This document shows positions 1 through 9,525 of a stretch of DNA of 58,038 bases, piece by piece. The number at the start of each line of letters is the position of its first letter. Within the stretch, counting starts at the first letter, position 1. The notes below the pieces were generated by a model, which worked only from the letters and a program-made list of their open reading frames with translations, made no database searches and was not told where the DNA came from. Where the stretch lies: positions 1-58,038 of the IMG/VR virus record IMGVR_UViG_3300048838_001102, one strand, 5' to 3'. A program made the translations under genes and the position numbers. The DNA is from a virus (taxonomy: Duplodnaviria; Caudoviricetes).

Positions 1-127
1 TTGCCGGTGGGTGTGGACCTGAGTGCTTTGTGTATTTGGAAGGCGGATGCGATGTTCCAGATGAAATGACTCCGCGCCTTGATGCGGCAGGCATGGAAAT
101 TCATAAACGGTTATATAGATAGACGGG
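1..127. repeat. Terminal overlap identical to 57912..58038 (circular closure); third copy at 57241..57367
   Basis: Exact 127-nt match read directly; 127 is a common assembler k-mer, so probably an assembly overlap. Confidence 0.95.
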
Positions 128-141
128 GTGGAGGTGTGAAG

Positions 142-339
142 ATGAGCAAAGTATTAAAAATAACTGCATGCTGTTTCGGTGTTAAACCGCTTAAAAACAG
201 TAGCCTACTTATGTCATGCCCTTTTTATTTGCCTTCTACCGATACCAACGGAGATTACGAATACTGTAGACTTTTCGACAAGTTCATTGATGATATTTAC
301 AAGATACCTGATTTTTGTGAATTGGAAGACCAAGAATAA
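142..339 (+). CDS. Small Cys-containing hypothetical protein
   Basis: GGAGGTG RBS before ATG 142; stop overlaps next start. Confidence 0.6.
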   Translation: MSKVLKITACCFGVKPLKNSSLLMSCPFYLPSTDTNGDYEYCRLFDKFIDDIYKIPDFCELEDQE

Positions 340-638
340 TGGTCGCTTTCATGGCAAACCCGACTGCTGGCTGTAACGATGATTATTTCAATACGCAAAT
401 CTCAATGACACCGACAGCCGTGTTCTGTGACGGCTCTGGCGATTGGGGATGGAGTGGCGGTTATGAGGTTGACGTTCCTGTTCCAAACAAAAAATGGTTT
501 CTGGAATTTTACCATTGGGGATTTCCAGAAGACATTCGGCCGGTACGGAAAACGGCAATAATAAAAACTGTGGCGAATAGAAAAGTCTCGAGATGCAACC
601 GCAAAGGGATCGGGTTGCGTATTAAAGAATCCAAATAG
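339..638 (+). CDS. Hypothetical protein
   Basis: TAATG coupling with upstream ORF, 99 aa. Confidence 0.6.
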   Translation: MVAFMANPTAGCNDDYFNTQISMTPTAVFCDGSGDWGWSGGYEVDVPVPNKKWFLEFYHWGFPEDIRPVRKTAIIKTVANRKVSRCNRKGIGLRIKESK

Positions 639-652
639 GGAGATTAAAACGC

Positions 653-976
653 ATGGCGCTTAACAATCAAGATTGGAATGAAACGACGTTGGGACTTCAG
701 AACTATCCTACGCAGGGAGCAGAAAAGAAATGTCGAATATCGGAAATAATTGCTAAAAAGCAAATGCTCACATTGCAGCGGATGGATTCTACCGTCAGCA
801 GATTGGTTGCCAATCTAACTCCAATTTGCAGGGAAGACGGATCGGATCGGCCTGATAGCGATCCCGCTAATGATAGGTCGATGCCTTCATACTTCGTCGA
901 GCAGGCCGGATTTATAGCGCAGATAAACGGCATGCTTGATATCGTTGATGATTTAATTGACAGGATCGAGCTTTAA
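653..976 (+). CDS. Hypothetical protein
   Basis: GGGAG RBS, 107 aa. Confidence 0.7.
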   Translation: MALNNQDWNETTLGLQNYPTQGAEKKCRISEIIAKKQMLTLQRMDSTVSRLVANLTPICREDGSDRPDSDPANDRSMPSYFVEQAGFIAQINGMLDIVDDLIDRIEL

Positions 977-1000
977 CCGCTCAGGAAGGAAGGTGAGAAT

Positions 1001-1140
1001 ATGAAAAAGATTCTGATTTTGGTCATGGTCATGATGATGATGGTGTCTCCCGTACTGGCGGCCGAGGCCCCTGCAATCGTGGCACACGGCCAATCAGATC
1101 ACGGTTGAATGGGACCCTATCCCGCCACTCGCATTTCTCG
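1001..1140 (+). pseudogene. Frameshifted remnant of a secreted Fn3-like protein
   Basis: AAGGAAGGTG RBS; signal peptide MKKILILVMVMMMMVSPVLA; stop at 1108, but +1 frame reads TANQITVEWDP. Confidence 0.45.
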
Positions 1141-1146
1141 CAACAG

Positions 1147-1368
1147 TTAGCCAAATAACTCCTCAGCGCAATCTCTACAATACAGGCATCCCGGAAGTGC
1201 TTTCCTCCGGGCTTCCGGGATGCTCAATCCACAACTACGACAAACCCTCGGCCGACGATTCTTTGCCGTATGGAGTTGCCCACTGGTTAACTGTAGAAAA
1301 GCTCTAATCCTCTCTGCTACAAAGGCGTCGTACGCTTCTTGACTTAGATCCCCCTCATCCGCCATCAC
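1147..1368 (-). CDS. TraR/DksA C4 zinc-finger protein
   Basis: N-terminal MADEGD and CRSCG..IPEARRKALPGCLYCRDC. Confidence 0.9.
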   Translation of the reverse strand: MMADEGDLSQEAYDAFVAERIRAFLQLTSGQLHTAKNRRPRVCRSCGLSIPEARRKALPGCLYCRDCAEELFG

Positions 1369-2015
1369 AACACCGCGCCTTCTGTATTAACTCCGGGAAA
1401 GTATAATGGCAACCCGGCATCGCGCATAAGCTCCTCGGTCAGTAGCCCCTCGAACACCACCCGGAAGTGCCGCCCACACCGGCCCCAATTTTCGATCATG
1501 GCAGGAGTTGTCCCGCGCCACTTGCAAAAATATTGCGACCAGGGAGCCGTGTCGTTAAAAAACTTGGCGACCACCTCGGAGCAGATCGCATGCCCTCCCC
1601 AGCCGAATTTAGCGATCCAATGCGGCCCGATGGCGCTTGCAGCCTGGAGCAACAGCCGCCATACCGGATACATATCGCCGTCGAACTGCTGCATCTCGGC
1701 CGTCTGCCACATGATTGGAAACAGCCGGTTTGTCATGCCAAGTGGTTCGATGATCATGATGTTTGATCCGACATAATCTTGCAAGCCGTTCTCCCGATGT
1801 CGCGTGCGCCACCTGGCCGCGAAAGTTTGGCCAAGCGCGTTTGTTATCAGCTCGGCGTGGGAATAGTCCGCATCGCCGTCATGCTCTTTGATTTTTTGAA
1901 AACCAATGATGGCCGTAGAAAGCAGCTTGTCGCGCCACTTGGCAGCCGGTCCACCAACACCTGCCGTCAAAAGGATCCACCCCGGTCGAACGTCGAGTTT
2001 GCCGTATGGCATCAC
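1365..2015 (-). CDS. Permuted papain-like NlpC/P60 (YiiX/YebB-like) enzyme; possible lysis or peptidoglycan role
   Basis: His motif YSHAE precedes Cys motif ICSEVVA, then TTP motif. Confidence 0.7.
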   Translation of the reverse strand: MMPYGKLDVRPGWILLTAGVGGPAAKWRDKLLSTAIIGFQKIKEHDGDADYSHAELITNALGQTFAARWRTRHRENGLQDYVGSNIMIIEPLGMTNRLFPIMWQTAEMQQFDGDMYPVWRLLLQAASAIGPHWIAKFGWGGHAICSEVVAKFFNDTAPWSQYFCKWRGTTPAMIENWGRCGRHFRVVFEGLLTEELMRDAGLPLYFPGVNTEGAVL

Positions 2016-2158
2016 GCACTCCGATTTTTAAAAAATGCGGCGATAAAGCTTTTCAAATGGGAATTAAGGATAATGCAGTATCCACCATTTTTCTATGCCT
2101 CTGTCGCCGCGGTTCCTTGGTTATCATGCCTGCATACAAGGCCGACAATGATCGGCGC

Positions 2159-2332
2159 CTATCTTTTATTTTCTATCAATTCACAATGTCCGCAATCCAA
2201 CGTGCAGCACCCATCACACTCGGGCGAATGCGGCACCACCGGCCCGGATATGGCCGCTTGCCAGAACTTACAACCATCGCACTCAGGGCTTGGAGGCGCA
2301 TAGGGGCAAGCAAAGCAGTTTATCCCGGTCAC
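2159..2332 (-). CDS. 57-aa Cys-rich protein (9 Cys, SPECDGC twice)
   Basis: Hand translation; GTG start overlaps upstream TGA; absent from the supplied ORF track. Confidence 0.5.
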   Translation of the reverse strand: MTGINCFACPYAPPSPECDGCKFWQAAISGPVVPHSPECDGCCTLDCGHCELIENKR

Positions 2333-2778
2333 TTCTTTAAATACTCGATTGTGTCTCGGTGCATCTGATTGATTCCCCGGTTGATCTCGTCTTTCAGTGC
2401 CGCAATCTGGTGCCGTGTTGACTCTGCTAAAAGAGAGAACGCTTCTGTGTTGTTCTTCTGGAGCAGTTCAAGAGCCTTGTGCATTTCGTCTTTAAGCTGG
2501 TTAAGTTGTTCTGCTATTGCTTTTTGTCCTGCCGCACTTTCCTCAAGCTTCTTCTTGACTTCTTCTTGGCACATCCGTGATTCCTCTCCACAGCCCTTAA
2601 GAGTTTGCACACGTAACGTGCCATCCTGCTCATACAGGGTGCTGTCGGCCCGCTTGGAAATCTCTTGAATCCGAAATAGCTTCCAAAGCGCCCCAAGGAT
2701 TATACCGCCTACGCCGAGCGCGGCCCCGAAAAGGGTTAACAGGGCTTTGATTTGTGCGCCGTAGTCGTCCATTACCAC
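2329..2778 (-). CDS. Membrane-anchored coiled-coil protein (holin/lysis-accessory-like)
   Basis: One N-terminal hydrophobic helix, then a charged helical region; distal late operon. Confidence 0.55.
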   Translation of the reverse strand: MVMDDYGAQIKALLTLFGAALGVGGIILGALWKLFRIQEISKRADSTLYEQDGTLRVQTLKGCGEESRMCQEEVKKKLEESAAGQKAIAEQLNQLKDEMHKALELLQKNNTEAFSLLAESTRHQIAALKDEINRGINQMHRDTIEYLKK

Positions 2779-2954
2779 TCATATCCATGATGGCGGTTGT
2801 AGCACGGCACAGCCTCGATATCGGCTTTCATACGTCTGCGCTCAACACGATGTTTGATCGCTTTTGCCCACTTGTTAGAATGCCGCTTGGCCCGCTTCGG
2901 AACAAGGATGTAGGAAAGCCTGTTTTCAAGTTTTTCACCAAGTCCATAAGCCAT
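2772..2954 (-). CDS. Small basic hypothetical protein
   Basis: AGGAG RBS before MAYGLGEK; 60 aa. Confidence 0.5.
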   Translation of the reverse strand: MAYGLGEKLENRLSYILVPKRAKRHSNKWAKAIKHRVERRRMKADIEAVPCYNRHHGYEW

Positions 2955-3118
2955 CGCGGTTCTCCTATCTGACAGTAATACACAGAGTGAACCATAACCA
3001 GCTAAGTTCGATTCCCAATCTATACCCATAGTATTCTGCTGCATCGCCGACAAATCCACGAACCAAGAAAACGTGCGGTATAAGTTGACAATGCCGATTG
3101 GTAAAGACTTGCACCATC

Positions 3119-3535
3119 TTACGATCTCCAAACGCCGGTTCGAAACCAGCCGATGATCTTCTCGATCAGCACGCGAAAGCCCTTCGGTGCTTCGGGCTTC
3201 ATGCTGGTCGGAGTCCATATAACCTCATTGGAGTAACCGCTTTCGATCTCTGCGTTGTCCAGGTTGCCCTTAACGAAAGCAGTAGCCACAAAGCGAACTT
3301 GCTTAGGCTCTGCAAATTCAATCGTGCAGGTTGTCACCGTTCCAGGGCCCTCCCATACGGGAGGCTTGGCGTATGCTCCGGTCGTGGTTGTTTGGGCATA
3401 GATTCTGTACCCGTCCGGTTGAGTTGCGTTGGCGTCCCATTCAAGCGTCACTTGTTCGGCGCTGACTTTGAGCGCAGCTGCGAGTATGCAAAAGAAAAGT
3501 ATTGCTACGAACAGGCACCCTTGTCGATTCGTCAT
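3119..3535 (-). CDS. Signal-peptide protein with fibronectin type III-like domain
   Basis: Hydrophobic leader ending VSA; VTLEWD, GYRIY, FVATAF, ESGYSNEV. Confidence 0.8.
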   Translation of the reverse strand: MTNRQGCLFVAILFFCILAAALKVSAEQVTLEWDANATQPDGYRIYAQTTTTGAYAKPPVWEGPGTVTTCTIEFAEPKQVRFVATAFVKGNLDNAEIESGYSNEVIWTPTSMKPEAPKGFRVLIEKIIGWFRTGVWRS

Positions 3536-3924
3536 TTCGTCTCCTTCACTGGTTCTTCGATCGGTTTCTCGTCAATTACCTTCAGCGCCGCCTCATACTC
3601 AATCGGCGCAACGGTCAACCGTGAAAGCATAGTCGGCTTGATGACCTTGAGCGTTGTCTTCTCGTAGACCCCGGACGTTTTACTATCTGTCACCAGCTCA
3701 GACACACCCTTGACAGCTCGCAAAGCGTCAGCAGTTTTGGTGTCCTTCGTGACTATCCGAAACAGCGCGTCAGTCTGTCCAGCATCGCACCTGCCCATGC
3801 AGGACCAGTCATAATCTGCACCTTCGACTACGGGAGGCCGTCCGTCTGTCATGGGCGCGATAACCATGAGTTCGTCGGCGTAGGCTGAAATGGTTAGCAA
3901 AAGGAATAGGATTAGTGTTTTCAT
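3532..3924 (-). CDS. Signal-peptide hypothetical protein
   Basis: MKTLILFLLLTISAYA leader; translationally coupled. Confidence 0.7.
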   Translation of the reverse strand: MKTLILFLLLTISAYADELMVIAPMTDGRPPVVEGADYDWSCMGRCDAGQTDALFRIVTKDTKTADALRAVKGVSELVTDSKTSGVYEKTTLKVIKPTMLSRLTVAPIEYEAALKVIDEKPIEEPVKETK

Positions 3925-5201
3925 TATTGTATCTCCCTGATTGAGATTTCGTCTAAAAACCCATACGCCTGAGTGCCAGCCTCGGCATTTGTCACTACCG
4001 CTATCGCCCCGAGTACGTCTGCTTCTGCTGGAGTAGTTGTTATGACTTTTGTGTTTTTAGTCCATGTGGATTGAAAACTATCCAAGGCCGCGCCTGTAGG
4101 ATTAATATAGATGTTTGGGAAACTAAAACTACCTAAGTACGCTAAATATTTTACGCCTGCCGTTCCAACTTTTGACCTGAGCGATGCAGAATACTGCTTT
4201 CCTTGTGCCAATGTGATTACCTGAACAATGTAAGGTGATGCATCTGCGGAATCGAAAATCTTGAAGCAATTACCAATAGCGCCGCCTGAAACTATGGCGC
4301 TTAAATCGGCGTTTGTAGCATTCCACCCCGTAAAACTCTCCCCATCTCCGTTCGTAACCAGCTCAGGGCCAAGTTGCCACCGTCCAGCTTTCCAGTTATC
4401 GAATGTCGTTGCGACACTCGTAGCGAAGAACCCTGCAACACTGCTGTCCAGCGAAGCCTCGGAAAGCGTCTGCTCAGTGCCTACCTGTGAGCCGTTGTAG
4501 ACCACGATCCACTTGATGCCGTCTGCGGAGATTAGCTTCAGGGTCGCACCAGCTACATATGTCACGGCAGCGGAAAGCGGAGTGGTTGCAGTATTATTGA
4601 CGTACTTTTTAAGCTCAACCTTATTTGTCGCCAGATCGACATATGCTTCTACCAAGTCCAAGGTTCCGGCTGTGGTGTCTGCGGCCTTAAAGTAAACACC
4701 GGCCTTTGTCCCAGCGTCGATTGTCATGTCTATTGAATAGACGATATCTTTTTTAAACTTGTAGTCCGTCGCATTTGAGTACGGCGCAGCAACATGGTCA
4801 CAGCTCACCGCGCCGCCCCCGTTCAGCGCGCAGTTGCTCGCCGTGCTCGGATACCGAATCCCGTACCAAGGTGGGTAATGCTGGGCTAAAGTCGTGGCAT
4901 CCGCACCAGCGAAGGCATCGGTGAACTGCCCGTTAAAGTACTGTCCTGGGCAACCGTGTTCGGAGCAGTTGTCCGCCACCACCGATCCTGTCCCGGTGAT
5001 GTTTACTGTCGCAAAGCCGCGCTCGGAGCGGATTGCTTGGACGTTATCACCGGTGAAATTGTAGACATCGGTGCCGTCACCTGCCACCCACTCTACCTGC
5101 AGGTCGTTGGCCGCTTCGGTGTACTCAGTTGCCAACACCTGCGCCACGGCCAGGAGAAGGCAGAACAGACTAACAATAAAATTTAATAAGAGTTTCTTCA
5201 T
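3924..5201 (-). CDS. Signal-peptide protein with lectin/carbohydrate-binding-like beta domains
   Basis: Leader ending VLA; C-terminal GPELVTNGDGE..W..LDEISIRE resembles CBM4/9-type modules. Confidence 0.65.
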   Translation of the reverse strand: MKKLLLNFIVSLFCLLLAVAQVLATEYTEAANDLQVEWVAGDGTDVYNFTGDNVQAIRSERGFATVNITGTGSVVADNCSEHGCPGQYFNGQFTDAFAGADATTLAQHYPPWYGIRYPSTASNCALNGGGAVSCDHVAAPYSNATDYKFKKDIVYSIDMTIDAGTKAGVYFKAADTTAGTLDLVEAYVDLATNKVELKKYVNNTATTPLSAAVTYVAGATLKLISADGIKWIVVYNGSQVGTEQTLSEASLDSSVAGFFATSVATTFDNWKAGRWQLGPELVTNGDGESFTGWNATNADLSAIVSGGAIGNCFKIFDSADASPYIVQVITLAQGKQYSASLRSKVGTAGVKYLAYLGSFSFPNIYINPTGAALDSFQSTWTKNTKVITTTPAEADVLGAIAVVTNAEAGTQAYGFLDEISIREIQ

Positions 5202-5204
5202 TCT

Positions 5205-8200
5205 CTACTCCGCTATAAGAATTCTATCCCCGTCAACTAGATCGAGGAGATCAAAAGTAGCTGCATCGAACCCTGTGCCGACCCACCACGCCGTGCCGGT
5301 AGACAAGTCTTTAGGTACAGCAACCACATAGGTAGAATCGTCGGCAAGGGTATTCGGACTTGCCGGCATAGTCAGCAATACAGTGTTCCCCGCCATGTCG
5401 GTCAGCGTAGCCCCCGTTAGAACCAGATCGCCGGCAATCTCTATCCCGTCTGGGTCTCGATTGCCCGGTTCGAGCTCCAACCGAAACACCAGTGTATTCG
5501 CGTCAGTTTTTCCGACATACTCCGCATAGAGTGTTTCATCTCCTACGGCCAGTCCCACCTTAGGCCATGCGGTAGTATAACCAACATGATAGCCATCAGT
5601 AGACGGAAGATTAACGGCAATGTCTATGTACCCATCAGGGTCAGTAAACGAACTGGCATCGTCTGAGACACCCACAACAGAGGCAATCGTATCTACCGTG
5701 TCGTCAATCACGATCCTACCGTTGCGGTCCAGGCTCCGCGAGTCTGGGTCTGTGGGTACTGTCAGGTCTGCATCTGTTGTCGTGCCAGATACTTTAATGG
5801 TCGCACCACCTGCCGCCGCAAGTGTCACGGCATCAAGGTCAGCCGTGTTAAACCCGTCAGGCACTACCAATCCATCAAACTCAATCGTACTGCCAGAGCC
5901 AGAGGCGTACGTAGCATCTACCGCCACGTCATCCCCGGTGTCGTTGACAAGGGTCAGCTTAATGCTCCCTGCGCCAACCGCCCAAGAGATAGCATCAGCA
6001 AACTCCACAAAGAACGGTGCAGTCGTATCGCCTTCTTTATAGTATCCGGTTGGTGTAGAGCTATAAATTCGCACGATCTCGGCAGTAGACACCGAATAGT
6101 TACCAGCAAAGTATGCGGAGATTTCAGTTGTGCTAAACTCTTGAGACAGCACAACTACCTCGTCAATCAGGCCGTCGAAATAATAGGTGTTGCTTGGACC
6201 TATCTTTCCAACGTCGAATGCGGCCGCTGTATTGCACCAGCCGCCATTTACCGTACTGGTCAGATCGCCAGTGGCATTCGTTCCGACCAGTGCGGCAGCA
6301 TCCAAATTATAAAGTGCAAAGGTGTACTCATCCGTCACATTGTCAAATACCAGCGCGATAGCGTAGTTGACTCCCGCCGTAACAGCAGAGCCGTGAAACT
6401 CAGGATCATTGCTCACGCCGTCAGCGTAGCCAATAGCAAATGTGGGATAAGTAGTTCCCCCGACGTTCTCGACTCCAAGATAGAATGATCGCAAGTTGTT
6501 CGTATATTCGTACTTCGACGCGATGATCATTCTCGCGCCAACGGCTGGAAGACTCTCCAACCTGAACTTAGCAAGAATGGTCCACGGCGCCTCGGTGGTC
6601 GCGCCTTTAAACGGGAACCCACTGGCAAGACTAGCATCTGCGATAGAAGCGAATTGACTGCTTCCTGCCTCAAGATCAAGCGAATAATCCCCCTCGATTT
6701 CCGTTGAGCTGTCGTACGCAGGAGAGCCAGAGCCGGTCAGGTTGTTTCCGTTCCCGCTTGTGTCATTCAGGTTGTTCTCAAATACCCATAACCCTTTGAC
6801 GTTAGTGTTGCCAGTATAGTCATTGGCTCCGGTAGCGGCTCTCACCGTAACCGTGACTTGCGCAGGAGTTGGATCGGCAACGCTCGCCGCATCGGTCACT
6901 GTTAGCGTTACGTTGTAGACCCCAGCGGTTGCAAAAGCCGTTGCCCCCGCATCTTCGCTGGTCGAGTTTACCGCCCCTCCGTCGAAATTCCAGAGATAGG
7001 TGCAGGGCGTGTTGGTCGTGCAGGTAACGTCAGCCGTAAATGTAAGACTTTCACCTTCTTCGATGGTTTGATTGCCTATGGGAGAAGTGATTGTTGCGTT
7101 AGGGTAAACAGCGTAGCTGGAATATACAAAGGCCCCTATATCTGGATCGCCATAATCATATTGCAGTGCCATAGTAACAGCCGGAGGATGCACACTAAAA
7201 TCGCTTTCGGCAGAAAGTATCTCGTCGAAAGTGAATGTCTGCGGCGAACTGGAATAATGCTCCACGGTCAGGGGCGGAATTGTGGTAGAACTTAAATCGT
7301 CTCCCGCACCCACCGCTGGACTCGTCGGCCCAATGGTTAAATCGCCTGTGGATGCAGACGTAAATCCAGGATCGGCTGGGGCCGGATCGTTGGCACCCCA
7401 AGCTGCCGGCAGGCTTGTGGAGTCATAAGCATATACCGTACTGCCCCACTTTACGTTATATGTCCCGGCAGTAGTGCTACTGTAATTTAAATTGTAATCA
7501 AGATCAATCCAGTTGCCATCAGCCGTGGCCCATAGGGGGCCGATGTTGTATTTAGGAGTCAGCCCACTTCGGCCATCCGCAATAATATTATTTTTGACGT
7601 GCAGATGCGGGTTAGTCCCGGTGTCGTCTGTGCCGTCCGTAGATGCGCCATAGTTGAATCCAGACCATATAGGCCCGGTCAAATCACCCTCTACTGTTTC
7701 GGCGGCAAACGAGCACGAGTTGTTGACAAACCAAATATCGTCGTAGTCATCCGTGTTCGCGGAATATCCGTCCGCAGCCCCAAAACAGAACTCTTTTATT
7801 CCACTTAGAGAGTTGCCCCACGCATAGATGTCTTGGACATGATACCCGTTGGCTCCATCGGTGACTCCGGTTTCACCGTTGATGTCCATCTTTATGCCGC
7901 CGAGAGCATTATGGATTCGATTGCCGTAGATGCGGAAGTTATAGGTATCGCGGGTCATTGATATGGCGCTTCCAGAAACGTACACCCACTCTGGGTTCAG
8001 AGGCAGATCATAAATATTGTTGTAGCGCACAATGGTGTCAAAATTTCTCCACCACCGATTCAAGCCCTTGAAGTGCATCGCTCCACGGAAGTTTTTACCG
8101 CCCATATCGTGGATTGTGTTGTACTCGATTACTCCGTCACTGGCCCCGTATATAGCAAGGCCAATTATCCCCCATCCATCTTCCCCACCACCATCGATTG

Positions 8201-8978
8201 TTCCGTGGATGTCGTTGTGCGAGACTATGAAGCCTGTCCCCTCGTACAGATAGATGTCGAATCCTATTTTGTTATCAGCGTACAGTATCTTGTAGCCGTT
8301 TCTATCGAACTCATTACCCATGCCGGCAGAACCGCCGATAGTGACATTGCTCCAGATGTCACTAAGCGCCACGCCCTTTAGCCGGTTTTGAGAAAACTTG
8401 CAGCGTGTTACCTTAAAATTAGTGACGGCTTGACTGTAAATACCGCCATAGCCGCGCTTGATTTCCCAATTATCAACGATACAGTTGTCTGTATTGGTTA
8501 CATCGACCAGATCTTTATTGTCACTCGCGGAGAAAAGTTCATCCACCGTTCCGCTTGTGACCTGTCCATCTATCACGGCGCGGGTCGTGTTGTTGTGGAG
8601 TTTGATCCAATCCTTACCGTTGAACCCGAATGCCGCCCCCGTTGAGAATCCAAGGTTCGACGGCTGTAACAACGCCGTATGATCGGGATAATCTCCGCGA
8701 TACGTGATATAATTACCGGATGCCCCCGAACTCGGAACAACTATTCTGGAGGTGATCGTATCAAGCAGATATATCTCATCACCAGGGGAGAAAGCACTTG
8801 CGTTGTGAGTCGTTACGCTCATAGGCGTCGATACGCTTGTCGCCGTGGCCTTTGCCTCTGTTCCGCTTTGAGAAACAAAGAACGTCGCCGCATGACCAAT
8901 TCGCAAAAGCAAAAGCACACTCGCCGCAAGCCAAAAGGCTACGGCAAGAAATCGTTTTAGGTTCTCTCGTTTAATCAT
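5205..8978 (-). CDS. 1257-aa signal-peptide adhesin/depolymerase: beta-helix + PKD + LamG + Ig-like domains
   Basis: SPGDEIYL and repeated xxNxIHD beta-helix rungs; PKD TYLWNFDGG..GVYNVTLTVTD; LamG LWVFENNLNDTSGNG..FDGLIDEVVV. Confidence 0.8.
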   Translation of the reverse strand: MIKRENLKRFLAVAFWLAASVLLLLRIGHAATFFVSQSGTEAKATATSVSTPMSVTTHNASAFSPGDEIYLLDTITSRIVVPSSGASGNYITYRGDYPDHTALLQPSNLGFSTGAAFGFNGKDWIKLHNNTTRAVIDGQVTSGTVDELFSASDNKDLVDVTNTDNCIVDNWEIKRGYGGIYSQAVTNFKVTRCKFSQNRLKGVALSDIWSNVTIGGSAGMGNEFDRNGYKILYADNKIGFDIYLYEGTGFIVSHNDIHGTIDGGGEDGWGIIGLAIYGASDGVIEYNTIHDMGGKNFRGAMHFKGLNRWWRNFDTIVRYNNIYDLPLNPEWVYVSGSAISMTRDTYNFRIYGNRIHNALGGIKMDINGETGVTDGANGYHVQDIYAWGNSLSGIKEFCFGAADGYSANTDDYDDIWFVNNSCSFAAETVEGDLTGPIWSGFNYGASTDGTDDTGTNPHLHVKNNIIADGRSGLTPKYNIGPLWATADGNWIDLDYNLNYSSTTAGTYNVKWGSTVYAYDSTSLPAAWGANDPAPADPGFTSASTGDLTIGPTSPAVGAGDDLSSTTIPPLTVEHYSSSPQTFTFDEILSAESDFSVHPPAVTMALQYDYGDPDIGAFVYSSYAVYPNATITSPIGNQTIEEGESLTFTADVTCTTNTPCTYLWNFDGGAVNSTSEDAGATAFATAGVYNVTLTVTDAASVADPTPAQVTVTVRAATGANDYTGNTNVKGLWVFENNLNDTSGNGNNLTGSGSPAYDSSTEIEGDYSLDLEAGSSQFASIADASLASGFPFKGATTEAPWTILAKFRLESLPAVGARMIIASKYEYTNNLRSFYLGVENVGGTTYPTFAIGYADGVSNDPEFHGSAVTAGVNYAIALVFDNVTDEYTFALYNLDAAALVGTNATGDLTSTVNGGWCNTAAAFDVGKIGPSNTYYFDGLIDEVVVLSQEFSTTEISAYFAGNYSVSTAEIVRIYSSTPTGYYKEGDTTAPFFVEFADAISWAVGAGSIKLTLVNDTGDDVAVDATYASGSGSTIEFDGLVVPDGFNTADLDAVTLAAAGGATIKVSGTTTDADLTVPTDPDSRSLDRNGRIVIDDTVDTIASVVGVSDDASSFTDPDGYIDIAVNLPSTDGYHVGYTTAWPKVGLAVGDETLYAEYVGKTDANTLVFRLELEPGNRDPDGIEIAGDLVLTGATLTDMAGNTVLLTMPASPNTLADDSTYVVAVPKDLSTGTAWWVGTGFDAATFDLLDLVDGDRILIAE

Positions 8979-9146
8979 TCGAATCCCCGCTATTTAAAAT
9001 GTCTCTTATAATTCTCGGAACGTAAGGAACAGAAGGATCTAAAGCATCAAAAGGCTTTGTGCAGTTATGGCCGATAACTAAAGACGCTCCACAGTAGGGA
9101 CACATTCCAAACGGCATCTGTGGCATATCTGCATAGGGTAAGTGAA

Positions 9147-9335
9147 TCATTCGACCATCTCCAACTTCAACATTCTCCATTCCTCTATGATTCTACGACA
9201 AACATCGGCATCAGGCGGCAACGATCCGTCTATCCATTTATCTATCAAGGCATCAGGAACGACATGCACAGATGAGCCGCAATTAATAACCCAATGAGCT
9301 CTGTAATTTTCCAGGTCTATTACTGCCTTAGTCAT
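9147..9335 (-). CDS. Small hypothetical protein
   Basis: 62 aa, overlaps neighbours in the operon. Confidence 0.55.
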   Translation of the reverse strand: MTKAVIDLENYRAHWVINCGSSVHVVPDALIDKWIDGSLPPDADVCRRIIEEWRMLKLEMVE

Positions 9336-9525
9336 CCGCCTTGCTCGCTTCTTCCCAACTCCTAAGTGCCTCGCTCACTTCCGCGATTGCCTTGTATTTA
9401 TCATCCCCGATAGCCGAAACATAAACACTTTCGGTAGGCGTGCTCAAGTTAACCACCGCAGCTACCCAGCCTTCATCTTCTTCCGAGTACCAAGTCTGGA
9501 TTATGTATGTGTAGTACTTAGTCAT
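9328..9525 (-). CDS. Stand-alone HicB-like antitoxin N-terminal domain
   Basis: YTYII..WYSEEDEGWVA..VSAIGDDKYKAIAEVSEALRSW resembles the HicB toxin-binding fold pattern; 65 aa, no DNA-binding tail. Confidence 0.65.
   Translation of the reverse strand: MTKYYTYIIQTWYSEEDEGWVAAVVNLSTPTESVYVSAIGDDKYKAIAEVSEALRSWEEASKADD

Noticed and set aside
1-127. Biological terminal repeat
   Set aside because: Length equals a common assembler k-mer and it lies inside an internal 156-bp repeat; best read as a circularisation overlap
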